A stretch of DNA of 64,000 bases, from assembly GCA_010015585.1 (NCBI GenBank), contig ML975151.1, one strand, 5' to 3'. The position numbers and the translations under genes were made by a program. This document shows, piece by piece, positions 19,620 through 31,659 of the stretch (position 1 is its first letter; each line of letters starts with the position of its first letter). Below the pieces are notes generated by a model. That model was not told where the DNA came from. It searched no databases and saw only the letters and a list, made by a program, of their open reading frames with translations. The stretch is from Eremomyces bilateralis CBS 781.70 (taxonomy: Eukaryota).

Positions 19620-22188
19620 ATGTCTAACCAAAAAGATCCGGCGCCTGTCTACAGCGGACCTGGCAACACGCCAAGAGGTCGTACTCGGCTGCCATCTAGC
19701 AGGCGAAGAGACAAACCACAGTTATCCTGCAATTTGTGCAAGAGGCGCAAGTATGCTGTCTGCACATTTTTGAAGGTCCACGACTCTAATCCAGAGCCAG
19801 GCTGAAATGCGACCGAGAGCAACCTTGTAGTACATGCACAAGACGAGGCCTGGCTTCGACCTGCGTATACTCCTCGAGCACGCCATTGCCCAGGAATGAA
19901 CCGAACCAGGTCCCCAGGCCTGTTTCCAGAATGCAGGACCGAATTCAGCAGCTTGAGAACCTGGTCTTGAACCTGATGCAGGTCGCCACGGGACGCGACA
20001 CTGTGCAAATACCACAGACTGATCTTGGCCGTGCAAGCTCTGTTCCGACCAATGATAGCCCAGCCAGCACAACCCCAGGCGAGGACATCCCCGAAGATGC
20101 TTCGACCGCCGCCTCTGATCATGGGAGTACGAGGTTGAGCAAATCTGGCGCGAGCTACGTGAATAGCTCTCATTGGGCTGCCATCCTTGGGGAAATCGCA
20201 GAGCTCAAAGACCATCTTGAGGAGGAAGCAGAGCTGCAACATCCTCGGAGCATCTCTGACTCTCTTGATCCGAGCTTTTCGGGGCCGCAGTTGCTATATG
20301 GCTATCCAAGATATGCATCGAAGGCAGAGATCCTAGCTTCAATTCCGTCGCGGCCGGTTGTGGACAGACTGATCTCGTGCTATTTCAATCTTTTCGACAT
20401 GTCCCCAGGTTGGTGTTAATCCGAGTCGGGCGTGTGGTAATACACTGATACCAAACACAGTCGTATTACACACCACTCAATTCCTCAAGGAGGTATGCGA
20501 CTCATCCACCAACGAGCCAGTCTCAGTTGGCCCAGCTGACATGGTCCTACCTAGTATGAACAATTCTGGGAGAGTCCGTCTAGCACCCCCTCCGTCTGGC
20601 TGGGTCTACTATTCACTATCATGTGTCTTGCAGCTCAGTTCCAGAAGTTTGGCGTCGATCCCGGGGTGCAGCTCCCGCCGAGCCAAGGTCACGAGTCAGA
20701 TCTGGGGACCATGGTAGAGTCATACAAGCTGAAGGCTGTGCAGTGTCTCATCCTGGGTAGATACGCCAGTGGAGGCCCCTACGTGTTGGAGACGCTGATG
20801 CTTTATTTCACTCTTGAGCATTTCCTCTGCAAGGATGCCGACGTCAGCGTATGGATCTTGTTGAGCACCATTGTGCAACTAGCCATGCATATGGGCTACC
20901 ATAGGGACCCGAGTCACTTCAATGGCATGTCCGCTTTTGCGGGCGAGATGCGAAGACGCGTATGGGCGACCATCGTCGAACTCGATCTTGGCTTCTCCGC
21001 GCAGATGGGTCTGCCGAGATTAGTCAAGCCATGGCTGTCCGACACGGCCGAGCCTCGAAATCTTCTCGATACCGACTTTGATAAGGCCACTGCAGAGCTG
21101 CCACCATCCAGGCCCGCGGCAGAGCTTACTCCGATGCTCTATCGTCTCGGGAAGACTCGGATGATGGTGGCCTTTGGCTTGGTATGGGATTTTGCAGCTG
21201 ACATAAGAAGTTACACGCCCAACGATGTAACCAAGATAGACGCCAAGCTCGAGGAAGCGCTCAAGGCGGTACCAGATTGCCTCAAGTGGCGGTCCATGGC
21301 ACACTGTATCTTGGACCCGCCTCAGGTCATCTTACAGAAGGTCGTGCTGCAGATCATCTACTACAGGGCCAGAATAGTCCTACATCGAAAGTACATTAGC
21401 CGTGCACAGAACGCGGATCAGTATGCGCATTCCAGAGAGGTGTGCCTAAATGCCGCACTCAAGCTCCTTGACTTGCAACACATGATCGACGAAAACACGC
21501 GGCTATTTTGCCAGCTGTACCATGAGCGCTGGAGGATCTCTTCTCTCATCAACCACGACTTCCTCCTGGCCACAAGCATTCTCTGCTTCTATTTGCGGGA
21601 GGTCACCGGCGAGCCCTCGGACGTAGGCGAATCCGCGTTGGTCGAGAAGATCATGAAAACCCTGGAAAGGTCTCATGACATCTGGCTCCGCTCCAGCGAT
21701 GCCTCCAAAGAGGCGCGGAAGGCGGCCAAAGCTTTGAGCGTCGTGATCGGTAATCGAAAGGTGCCATCGGCAACAGCACAGGCCGGGGGGACCAATGCAG
21801 TGAGCTCACAATCGCTAGCAGGCTATAGTGATTCGACAACCGATCATCATGGTGAGTATACACACCCACAAGACCTTCCGGCGAGCCTCGGTCAGCGATA
21901 TGCGCGGCACATTTATGAGTTAACAAAGATGTCAGGGTACTTTTCGGATATCGACGTGGCGTCCCCATTCGTCGACCCTACGACATCTGGAAGCTGGAGA
22001 GACATGATGAACGAGCCTGTTGGATCTTATCTACTGCCGGAGACGGCGCCTTCGTCCACTTACGGACAGCAAATGACATACTGTAAGTGAACTTGGTGTA
22101 ACCTAGTCCAGTTTGGAGTCGGTGGCTAACATGCGAGACAGCGCTGGATACCATGACCTCTTCTCAGTGGCCCTGGCAATCAATATGA
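19620..22188 (+). CDS. Zn(II)2Cys6 transcription factor with fungal_trans middle homology region; multi-exon
   Basis: The spliced cluster reads [32 protein letters not shown]. Other motifs are [39 protein letters not shown] and [11 protein letters not shown]. The 3' exons are approximate. Confidence 0.9.
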
Positions 22189-22918
22189 TGCTGTTCAGCG
22201 GTCTCTTTATTAACTTGATGGTGTTGACTTTCAGGCAGCTCCCGGACTATGTTGCCCTCCAAGCTGTTTTGGCGATTTTGAAGTCAGAGACGGTTATTCT
22301 GGGCCCGGCCACTGGGCGACATTGACTCAGATGGTGTTAGGGGTGGTAGTTCGGTCACCAATCTCACGTCAACGTGTACAAGGGCCTTGACTCATGAAGA
22401 TATAAGAGACCGCAGGTTCACACTGGGGCCATTACGTATCATCGTAAGGGCCTGGCTGGTGCGTGTGCCTAACTCCAGCCGTCGCGTTAAGGAGTTCAGT
22501 CGGGCGGCATGGCGACCACTTTTGCCGGGGAGGCGGGGGATTTCGGTGTGGATAGGGACCGCCGAAGGTTGGGCAAGGTGGATTGAGGGACGATGATCGA
22601 GAGTGTGGTCATACAATACAACCCGCAGCAAGCAAAGGAAGATATCGGTACTTTTATCAACGAACCATAAACATCCATCGACGTAGCTAAGAAACGTCTC
22701 AACCCATCCGATCCACAAGTGTCCCCCATGATATCAGGCTCGCACCGTAGAACGCCGTTCCCCTGGAGACAAGTCTCGGCCACCGGGACGTTGGAGTGCC
22801 TCCCATAAATGTGTTCAGCGTCGCTGATCGCAGATTACAGATCCCGAAACTCCAGACGGTACGAAGTAGAAAGACACTAGACACAACCCGCCCGCTCCTC
22901 GATCCATCCATCAAAAGT

Positions 22919-25900
22919 TTAATCGCCGAGGACGCTCTCCGGCTCCTCCTCCGCGCCAGCGTTCACATCCTCATCTTCCTCCCGGTCCTCCTCCTCAATC
23001 TCATCCACCACCATCTTCTCCACCCCCTCCTCCTCCTCCTCAATCTCATCATCCTCCACCTCCATCACTCTCTCCGCACTCTTCATCCCCTTCCCCCCCT
23101 TCTTTTGCGGCTGCGCCTTCCCCGTCGCCCCCTTTTTCTTCCCCCCTGCCGCCCGCTTCTCAAAAAACCCCACCACCTCCCGAAAATTCGCCCCCAACCT
23201 CCCTTTATTCCGCCCGAGCCGCTCCGCCACCCGTTTTCCGACCAGCCCCGCCGCCACCGCCAGCACCAGCTTCGACGCTAGCTCGCACAGCCGCTGCTCC
23301 GCGACCAGCGTCCGCTGCAGCCGCTCCCGCCGCCTCTCCTCCGATGTCTCCGCGTCCTCGTCCTCGTCGATCTCCTCCTCTGACTCAGGCTCTTCGTCCA
23401 CCGTCTCCGGCTCCTCCTCCTCGTCGTCGCCCGTCTCGAGAGCCCGCCCGCTGCGCCGCGCGTAGGTCCGCTCCGCCGCGCCGAGCACCTGGATTGAGAG
23501 ATCCTGCAGCGCAGGGTCGACGTTGAGGACGAGCGCGAGGAAATCCTCGTGGGGTGAGGTGGCGGAGGACGAGGCACCGTTGGGCTGCGCGAAGCGACCT
23601 TTGAATTGGCGGAGGGTGCTGAACGCGCAGGCGAGGTCGTAGACGGCGCCGACGCAGGCGCAGCGGACTTCGTCGGCGCCGGGACGGGAGCGGATGACGG
23701 TGGCGAGGGCTTTGACGAAGGCGTCGCGGTGGGCGGCGAGGGTATCGAGGTGGGCGTCGGGGATGGAAGTTGGGGGGGTGGTGGAGAGGAGGGCGGCGAG
23801 GTGCTTGACTTTCCAGAGAAGGTGGAAGAGGAGGGCCTTGGTGGCGTTCAGGACGAGAGCATCTTCTTCGGTGTTGATCTCGGGTGGGATGCCGGTGCCG
23901 GGAACGCCGCGGTGGAGGAGGGTGGTAAGGAGGGAGATGGAGTCAGAGTGGGGGGAGGGTTGGGTAGAGGAACGGCTTTTGGATTTGGATTTGGTGCGGT
24001 GGGAGGTGGTGGGGGACGCTTCGAGGGGGTCGGTGCAATCGGAGATGCTGGAAAGGTTGGCGATGCGGAGGACAGTGTTGCTTAATGCTAGGAGTGCATT
24101 GGACTTTAGACTGCCGCGGGTCATGAGATTCCCGGCTTGAGCTGAGAAGTGCAGCGCAGACATGGTATCGTCCCACAGAGATTGTAATTTGCCGGCAGTG
24201 ATCTCCTCCAGGTCTTCGTAGCTCTTCGCATGTAAGAGTGCCATGCTTGCCTCCGCGAGGACAGACTCATTGCCATGCGTTAGGAATTGTTTGTTGATAT
24301 CATCTAGCAAGGCGGGAAGCATGGTGGACTCTTCACGAAGGGCTTGGAAGATATCCAGATTCAGAGCTCGCTCCAATCGCAGCACTGCCGATGCCGTCGA
24401 CGGCTGGGCCCCAAACTTGTTCAGTAGACGAGGGATGAGTTTCGCTAGGTTCTTCGATGCCTCCTCTTGCTCGTCGATGAGCCCTTGTTTCTGAGCTTTG
24501 GTCCGCTTGACCTTCTTGTCAGCGAGGGTTTGCGCCGTCTCCGTCAAAGAGAGTTTGACGGACGCATTCAAGATCTCGAGAACGATGAGCTCTTCGGCGT
24601 CGGAAAGTCGGACGGCATCTTTGAACCGCACGGCAATATCGTTGGTCGCAACGCCATTCACAATGGGAGCTGAGTGATCGAAGAGCAGATACGCTGCGAG
24701 GTACTCCCAATCTAGGAACTCCGCCAAGTCTCGAGATTTTTCGCAGAGCAGGGTTGCCGCCATCGAAAATCGAGATTCGACGCCCGAAGCGATGAGCAGG
24801 TAGCGATCGCTTCCCGGAACTCGTTCGTGGTTCGTTGGTTCGGTCTCATCAGAATCGTACGCCTCTAGCAGCTCCACCAAACTCTTAATCTTCAGCCACT
24901 CGAGTGTCGGAGCTTCAGGATTCTCCGCATGCTCGGAGTCCTCGAGTATCTCCTGCAATGACTCCACTCCGCCGACGTCTTCCACTTTTAGCTCATAGAT
25001 GTCCATGACGTTCTGCGCGAAGAACGGCACGACTGCCTGCCGCACCCGGGCTTCCGAATCGTAGATCAACTTGCCGACCACATCGATATCGTCCGGCTCG
25101 ATGGACCCGTTTTCCCGTAGCGTGTCAAGCAGCTCCACCGACGCGCTACGGACCACCGGGTCGGCGTCTTGCGTCGCCATCTCGACCATGCGTTGCCGAA
25201 ACCGCTCGATGAAGGAGCGGAGCCCCGCGAGGCGGTCCGGTTTACTGAACAGGTCACGCAGCTTTCGGACGACTTCGAGACGGGTGGGTGCATGTGTGTC
25301 GGAGAGGACCCAGCCGAGGTACCGGAGGTAGTGACCTTCGAGGAACAGGTCGGGGTATTGCGAGATCCAGTAGCTGAGGGCTTGGACGCAGTCGACGCGG
25401 ATTCGAGGGTCGATGTCTCGGTAACGATGGACGAACACCGTGTCAAACCAGCCCTTGATGATCTCGTCTAAAGTCTCAAGATGCAGGGTTTGGTCCGCAA
25501 CCTTTTTCTCGATGTCCGCGACTCTAGACTTGTTGGGCCTGCCCTTCTTCTTCTCACCATCGAGTTGTCGGACAGTTTGCGCTTTTGTAGCAACGAGTTC
25601 ACTGCCGACGTCGCATAACGCGCTGACTATGGCTAGAGAGGCGACGGTCGCGGTGTGGCGGAACGGCCTGTTGCTGGCTGAGGTCATGGACGCAAGCCAT
25701 GACATAATATTTTCCATTAACGCTGGGTCGTCGAACATGGTTGTGGCTGCTATGGATCTGACGAGAATTTCGTAAAACTCGACCATGGTCTGCTTGAATG
25801 AGACGGCACCTTTGCCGCGGGCAATCAAGGGGTATTCTGTGACATTTTGCTGGAGAGTGATCAGTTATCGCCCTGGTACCATTCAGACAGGGCGTCTCAC

Positions 25901-26584
25901 CGATTGATACTCATCTTGGATATCCGTAAGCTTCTCCGTAAAGTGATCGGGATCCTCTACAAGCGTCGCGTCCACATTATGATCGCATCCCGCACACTTC
26001 AGGGTGAAGGTAAACAGATCCGCAACCGCCGCCGATTCCCCGTCGCGAAATGCCGCAAGCCACGATGTAATCGCCTCCTCGATCGTCTTCCGGCCACTGA
26101 AAACATCGCCTGGTATCTCTAGTTAGCCAACGTCATGGTCACGCTCGTCTCAAGTTAGCATACCATACAACCCCTTCCCAACAGCGATCGCACTCTCCCT
26201 CGGCCTCGGCCTTCTACTCCTCTTCGCCTTCGCCGCCCGCACTGCCGGCCGAATCGCCAAATTCACCTCGCCCGCTCCATTCGCCTTCGGCTTCTTCGCC
26301 GCCGGTTTCCGCTGACTTCCGCTCTTCCGTTTGTTCCTCCGCTGCTCCCTCCGCTCCTCTTCGCTCGGCTCACTGTCGTCCTCGTCCTCGTCGTCTTCGT
26401 CGGACGCGTCGTCCTCCATATCAACATCCTCGTCCTCGGCGCCGTAGTCGCGTTTCCGCTTCGTGGCTTGGCTAGAGGTGGGCGGCGCGAAGACTTCGGG
26501 CTTCTTGACGACGCGTCCGGATTTGCGCCGGTTGTCAGGGGCGGACGCGGGCGCGTCGAGGTCGCTGACATCGGTGGTGTCCAT
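22919..26584 (-). CDS. SCC3: Cohesin STAG subunit Scc3/Psc3/Irr1; three exons
   Basis: STAG/SCD motifs RPFRHTAT, VFVHRYRDIDPRIR, YLRYLGWVLSD and FIERFRQRMVEMA, with an acidic C-terminus. Introns lie near 26110-26163 and 25850-25900. Confidence 0.95.
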
Positions 26585-26611
26585 GTTGGCGGGAATAGAG
26601 TGAAGCAAGAG

Positions 26612-27038
26612 ACGCGTGGGACGGGGAGTGGTTGCTAAGTGGCTGGAACGGGAAATGCACGCTGGTTGCGGTGATAGACAGGGAGGAAATCAGAGCGCGC
26701 AAGCCATGGATTTAATCGAGGGATGCGCGTTGCAATGGTGATATGGAGATAGTCGTGATGGCTCAGGGAGGACGCGTCACGGGAGCGATTGGATAAGATA
26801 GGAAAGAAAAGATGAGGGGAGAGGAGGGGAGAAATAAATGGTGGATGGGTGAGCGCGTTTTTGAGGTCGGAGGTGAAGGGAATGATGAAGTGCAGAGGTG
26901 AACGTTGCGGAGTTTCACTCACTGGAGTTGCTTGGGGCTTCGGAGGAGGGATGGGGAAGTTGCGCTGGTTGCGACTGCCTGTCCATTGAGTCCACGCTGT
27001 TGATGTGGAAGGTGGGGGCGGCAAACGCCGCGACGCGT
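26612..27038. promoter_or_regulatory. MCB (ACGCGT) cluster upstream of SCC3
   Basis: ACGCGT at 26612, 26772 and 27033, plus CGCGT partial sites near 26726 and 26854. Cohesin genes are typical MBF G1/S targets in yeasts. Confidence 0.55.
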
Positions 27039-27305
27039 CCCCTGTCGCTCCTGCTCCTCAAGACCCTGGCCCACCTGGCCGCCATAGAAATTCCAATTGG
27101 AGACAATACTAGACAAATGCAATAATAAGTTCTCCTATCAATATAAATTCAATGGCAATCCGAATGCTAGCATATGTAAGTAGTTCAGGCATCCGCCCAC
27201 ACAATACGCAGCCACTTAATAAATCTAGTTCCGAACCGCTCAGCCAAGCGAAACAATAGCAATGTCCCCTCGCTCCCTCAATCCATCCCAACGTCCCCCC
27301 CCATA

Positions 27306-28307
27306 ATGACCTCCCCTTTCCCAACCCTCCCCCTCGGCCCTGGCGTCGGCGAAATCACCCTCCATCCCCTCCGCACCGCCCAACCCGCCCTCCAATCCCT
27401 CCGCTACCAATATCCCCTCAAACTCGTCGCCCCCGCCCCCTCCACCGTCTCCTCCCCCCCCTCCTCCCCCCCGACCACCCACCTCGTCCACACCATCTTC
27501 CTCCTCACCTACGGCGGCGGCCTCGTCGCCGGCGACGTCATATCCCTGCACGTCTCCCTCGCCGCCGCCGCACGCCTCGTCCTCCTCACGCAAGGCAGCA
27601 CGAAGGTCTACAAGGCACCGAGCGGGGGTGCGGGCGCGCGGCAGCGCATGGAGGTGGCGTTGCGGGACGACGCGATGTTGTGCTATCTTCCGGACCCGGT
27701 GCAGCCGTTCGCGAAGAGCGCATTCGAGCAGGCGCAGGTATATGTGTTGCATGGCGCAGAGGCGAGTCTGTGTGTGGCGGATTGGGTGGCGGAGGGGCGG
27801 AGGGCGAGGGGGGAGAGATGGGGCTTTGGGGGGTATGGGTCGCGGAATGAGGTGTGGGGGTGTGAGGCAGGGGGAGGGGGGAGGCGGTTGCTGGTGAGGG
27901 ATAATGTGTTTTTGACGGATAAACATGGGGCGAATGGGGACTTTGCGGCGGCGGTGGATGGGCTGGGGGCGGTGGGGACGTTGATTTTGGGGGGGCCGGG
28001 GTTTCGGGGGGTGGGAAGGTTTTTTATGGAGGAGTTTCAAGCGATGCCGAGGGTGGGGGGGAAGAAGTGGGATGGGAGTGAGGGGGAGGAGGAGGAGACG
28101 GGGAGGGAGCGGTGGAGGGCGAGACGGCTGAAGGAGGAGGGGCGGGATGGGGTGCTGTGGACGGCAGCAGATGTGAGAGGGTTTGTGTTGGTGAAGTTTG
28201 GCGCGAGGGAGGTGGAGGGAGTGAAGGTGTGGCTTCGGAATATGCTGAGGGAAGAAGGGACGGTTGAAGCGACGTTCGGGGAGCGTGCGCTGCTCTGTAT
28301 GAAATAG
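27306..28307 (+). CDS. ureD: Urease accessory protein UreD
   Basis: Motifs YQYPLKL, FLLTYGGGLVAGD, LLTQGSTKVYK, YLPDPVQPF, DWVAEGR and LLVRDN. Intronless, 333 aa. Confidence 0.95.
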   Translation: MTSPFPTLPLGPGVGEITLHPLRTAQPALQSLRYQYPLKLVAPAPSTVSSPPSSPPTTHLVHTIFLLTYGGGLVAGDVISLHVSLAAAARLVLLTQGSTKVYKAPSGGAGARQRMEVALRDDAMLCYLPDPVQPFAKSAFEQAQVYVLHGAEASLCVADWVAEGRRARGERWGFGGYGSRNEVWGCEAGGGGRRLLVRDNVFLTDKHGANGDFAAAVDGLGAVGTLILGGPGFRGVGRFFMEEFQAMPRVGGKKWDGSEGEEEETGRERWRARRLKEEGRDGVLWTAADVRGFVLVKFGAREVEGVKVWLRNMLREEGTVEATFGERALLCMK

Positions 28308-28353
28308 ACAAGACACAAAGGTCGCAGCCTAATGAAATATAGCTGTAAACCCG

Positions 28354-29299
28354 CTACGAGGATCCCTTCTGCTTCTGCTTCCTCACCATCTCTCGATATG
28401 CCTCGATCACCTTCGCCCGCTCCCCCTGCAGCTCCTCCCGCCGCTTCAAACTCCCCGCCAACTTCGGCACGTCCGCCGCCATCACCTTCGCCCCCTTCAC
28501 CTTCAGCACCTCCCTCGGCACGCTCTTGAACTGCGGCGGCGCCTTCGCCACATCATGCAACCCCTTCGGCCGATCCCGCTTCCCCTCCAACACCGCCCAC
28601 GGATCATCCTCCTCATCCACCCCTTTTCTCCCCTTCTTCCCTCCCGCGTTCCCCCCAAACACCAACCCCTCCTCTTCCTCCTCCTCCTCCTCCGCCAACT
28701 CCTCCGCTTCCTCCCGCTTCTCCCGATACGCCGCCTCGTCCTTCCGCCACTGTGCCTGCAGCCTTAGCAACTTCTTCTCATGCTTCGTCCGATGCTCATC
28801 TTTCCCCTCGCCCTTCTTCATCTTGCGCGCCAGCCCCGCGATCGGCATCGCCTGGTCCACCCGCGCTGCGAAGTCCGCGAGCTTCTCCCCGTGCTTGATC
28901 GTTAGTTCGGGTATGGGTTCCTCCTCCTTCTTCGGCGGCGCAGGGGTGATCGGAGCTTGAGGTTTGCCTTTGCCTTTGCCTTTGCGGGGGGCGTCACCGT
29001 TGTCCGGGCCTTTGGGGCGCTTTTCGCCGCGGCCGAGGCGCATGAGTTGGAGGAACGCACGGGGGGTGTCGTTGGCCCATTGGTCGGGGTCCTTAGAGAG
29101 CTTGGGCTTTTTGGCACGTTTGGGGCCTTTGGGAGGGGGAGGGGGGTTGTGGCCGGGTCGGAGGGGTTTGGCGATCATGGAGGGAGGAAGGTCGGCACTG
29201 GGGAGGTTAGTGATGTGATAGTTGGACGGAATAGGCATTCGTGGGGACGTACTCTCGTCCTTTATCATCATCTCGCTTTCTTTTATGTTTGTGAGGCAT
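28354..29299 (-). CDS. Conserved basic coiled-coil protein (CCDC137-like); two exons
   Basis: Start MPHKHKRKRDDDKDE (ATG 29299), intron GTACGT..CTAAC..CAG, then DLPPS, NDTPRAF, GEKLADFAARVDQAMP and ERAKVIEAYR. Confidence 0.75.
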
Positions 29300-29818
29300 G
29301 GCGATTTAATTTCCTTGCTATAATCCGTAGCAGGATATGGTATTGTACTGTAGAGGTACGAGGGACTTTGATAATAATCTTACGGAGAAATTTTGATGTC
29401 TTCGGTTGACGCCAGTGATTGGTTGGTTTGGTGGCGGGTTCAGGGTTCGCTGTGACGTCGGTCTCTGGTCCCCGGCCCTTGACTGACGCCCATCGACTCG
29501 ACCACAAGGCTGTTGACTGTTCCTGACTCTCTTCCTGTCCGTCTTATTCATCATTGTTACATTCCCGTCTCAATCCCGAAACCCGAGTCACCATCGAACG
29601 ACGCTGGGGTAGTGACCATTTCCTTTTGTTTTGGCGCGTCTCTCTATTTTTGTTTCATGTTTAGTCATTACCCCTCCGCGGGAACCCGTGGTCAATGGAA
29701 CTGAGCCGACAATTGGTATAGACGATTACACAGGAACACTCCCGATTATAGACATGCAGCAGGAGCTTTAAACCAGCCGGATTTTGCTGTAGGCAGATAT
29801 TTACTTGAACCTTCGAAC

Positions 29819-31146
29819 ATGGCCTTGCCATCTCACGAAGCTGGCCTCCCGGAGACGAGGTCACATCGAAGAGAGGATGACGCAGAGTCCGAGGACGGCC
29901 GATCATACAAAGATGAGGACAGAGAGCGGCTGCTTATGAGTGAAGAAGTCCCCGAAGGCCGGTCTTTTATACCTCCATTTTGGAAGCGGTTTGGCCGTAT
30001 ATTCCGAAGCAATGGGCCTTTTCGGTTCGAGTCTTCTGGCTCGTACCCTGCGTCCCCCCGTCTTCCTCGACCGAAGACCTTTGGTGGACATTGTCTTGGC
30101 CTCATCGTAGGGTTCTTGACTGTTCTGTAAGTGGCCAATCCCGGCATCTTACTGCTTCGATGCTAACGGCGATGCGCGATAGTGGATTGATCCATGTGAC
30201 GTACTTTGTGCTTGGTCTCGGCCCCCTCTTCTGGACTACAAGCGGGAATACCTACCCTGACGACTGGCGGCACGGACAGTCATCCGATGATTGGATGCGA
30301 TACACGACGGATTTTACACGAGATATCCTCCCGATACCATGTCATTCCCACAACGACTACTGGCGGAAAGTGCCCGTCTTCGAAGCAATTCATTACGGCT
30401 GCACCGGCGTGGAAGCCGATGTCTGGCTGTTTGACGACGAGCTTTATGTCGGACACAACATTGCGGCATTGACGAGAAATCGGACGTTCCGTAGCCTCTA
30501 TGTTGAACCGCTGGTGGCGCTTCTGGATAAGCAGAACGGGAACACCTCGTTCCCTGATGATGCTGGTCTCCGAGGGATCTTCGACGAAGAGCCGGAGAGG
30601 ACGGTCGTCTTGCTTGTCGACTTTAAGAACGGCGCCGACTCCATCTGGCCATACGTCCAACACCAACTCGAACCACTGCGCCAGAAAAACTACTTATCCT
30701 ACTTCGATGGCCACACCGTCATCCCCCGCCCCATCACTGTCGTCGCCACCGGTGATGCTCCCTACCCGCTCGCCATCGCTAACTCCACCTACCGCGACAT
30801 GTTCTTTGATGCGCCCCTCTCCTCCCTCACCGCCTCACTCCAATCCTCCGAGCCTTTCAACAGCAACAACTCCTACTACGCCAGCACCAACTTCATCGCC
30901 GCCATCGGCTACCCCTGGTTCGGCTCCCTGAGTGCCGCGCAGCGCGCGACCATCACACGGCAGGTCGACGCGGCGCACGCGCGGGGTCTGAAGGCACGGT
31001 ATTGGAACACGCCGGGGTGGCCGGTCGCATGGCGGAACCATGTGTGGACGACGCTGGTGGAGTTGGGGGTGGATTATTTGAGCGCGGATGATTTAAGGGC
31101 GGTGGCGGAGCATGATTGGAGGAAGCAGAAGGATAGGGATTGGTAG
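29819..31146 (+). CDS. AIM6-like PLC-type phosphodiesterase family protein with N-terminal TM segment; two exons
   Basis: Motifs PIPCHSHNDYWRKVP, GCTGVEADVWL, LYVGH, LLVDFK, PITVVATG, FFDAPL and RGLKARYWNTP. Intron at about 30127-30183. Confidence 0.85.
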
Positions 31147-31659
31147 GGAGGAGGGGGGGTAGGGGAGACGATGGGCGGGCGGTGCATATAGTTCTTCGTT
31201 CCTTTAGATTAGCATTTGAGATACCCTGTGGATAGACGAGCGACACTCCTTGATGTTTGATGATGGGGTGTAGGGCCATGGTGCTTTTTAGCCGTTTCTA
31301 TAGAACGAATACTGATTGTTCGCACGGCACGTTGGCCATTGCGAGGCCTAGTACATATAACTAAACATTACCTACTGTATGGTATCCAGTGAATTGATGT
31401 TGCTTGACGTACTGGTCATACGAAATCCAATTGTTCACCCATATCGAGCGCCTCCGCCAAGCACTGCCACTGTCACCCACCTGCCAAACCGCACCCTTCA
31501 AAACAATCTCCAGCCACAGATCACGGGAATACTACCACTAACGGTTCAGCTTCACGCATCTCCTCCATCAAATCCATCTTTTTCCTATTCAACTCCCCTC
31601 CAATACCCTTCGTCGATGGTTCCTTGTTTCGTAGCTTACCTCTGGAGCGTGGAGGAGAG

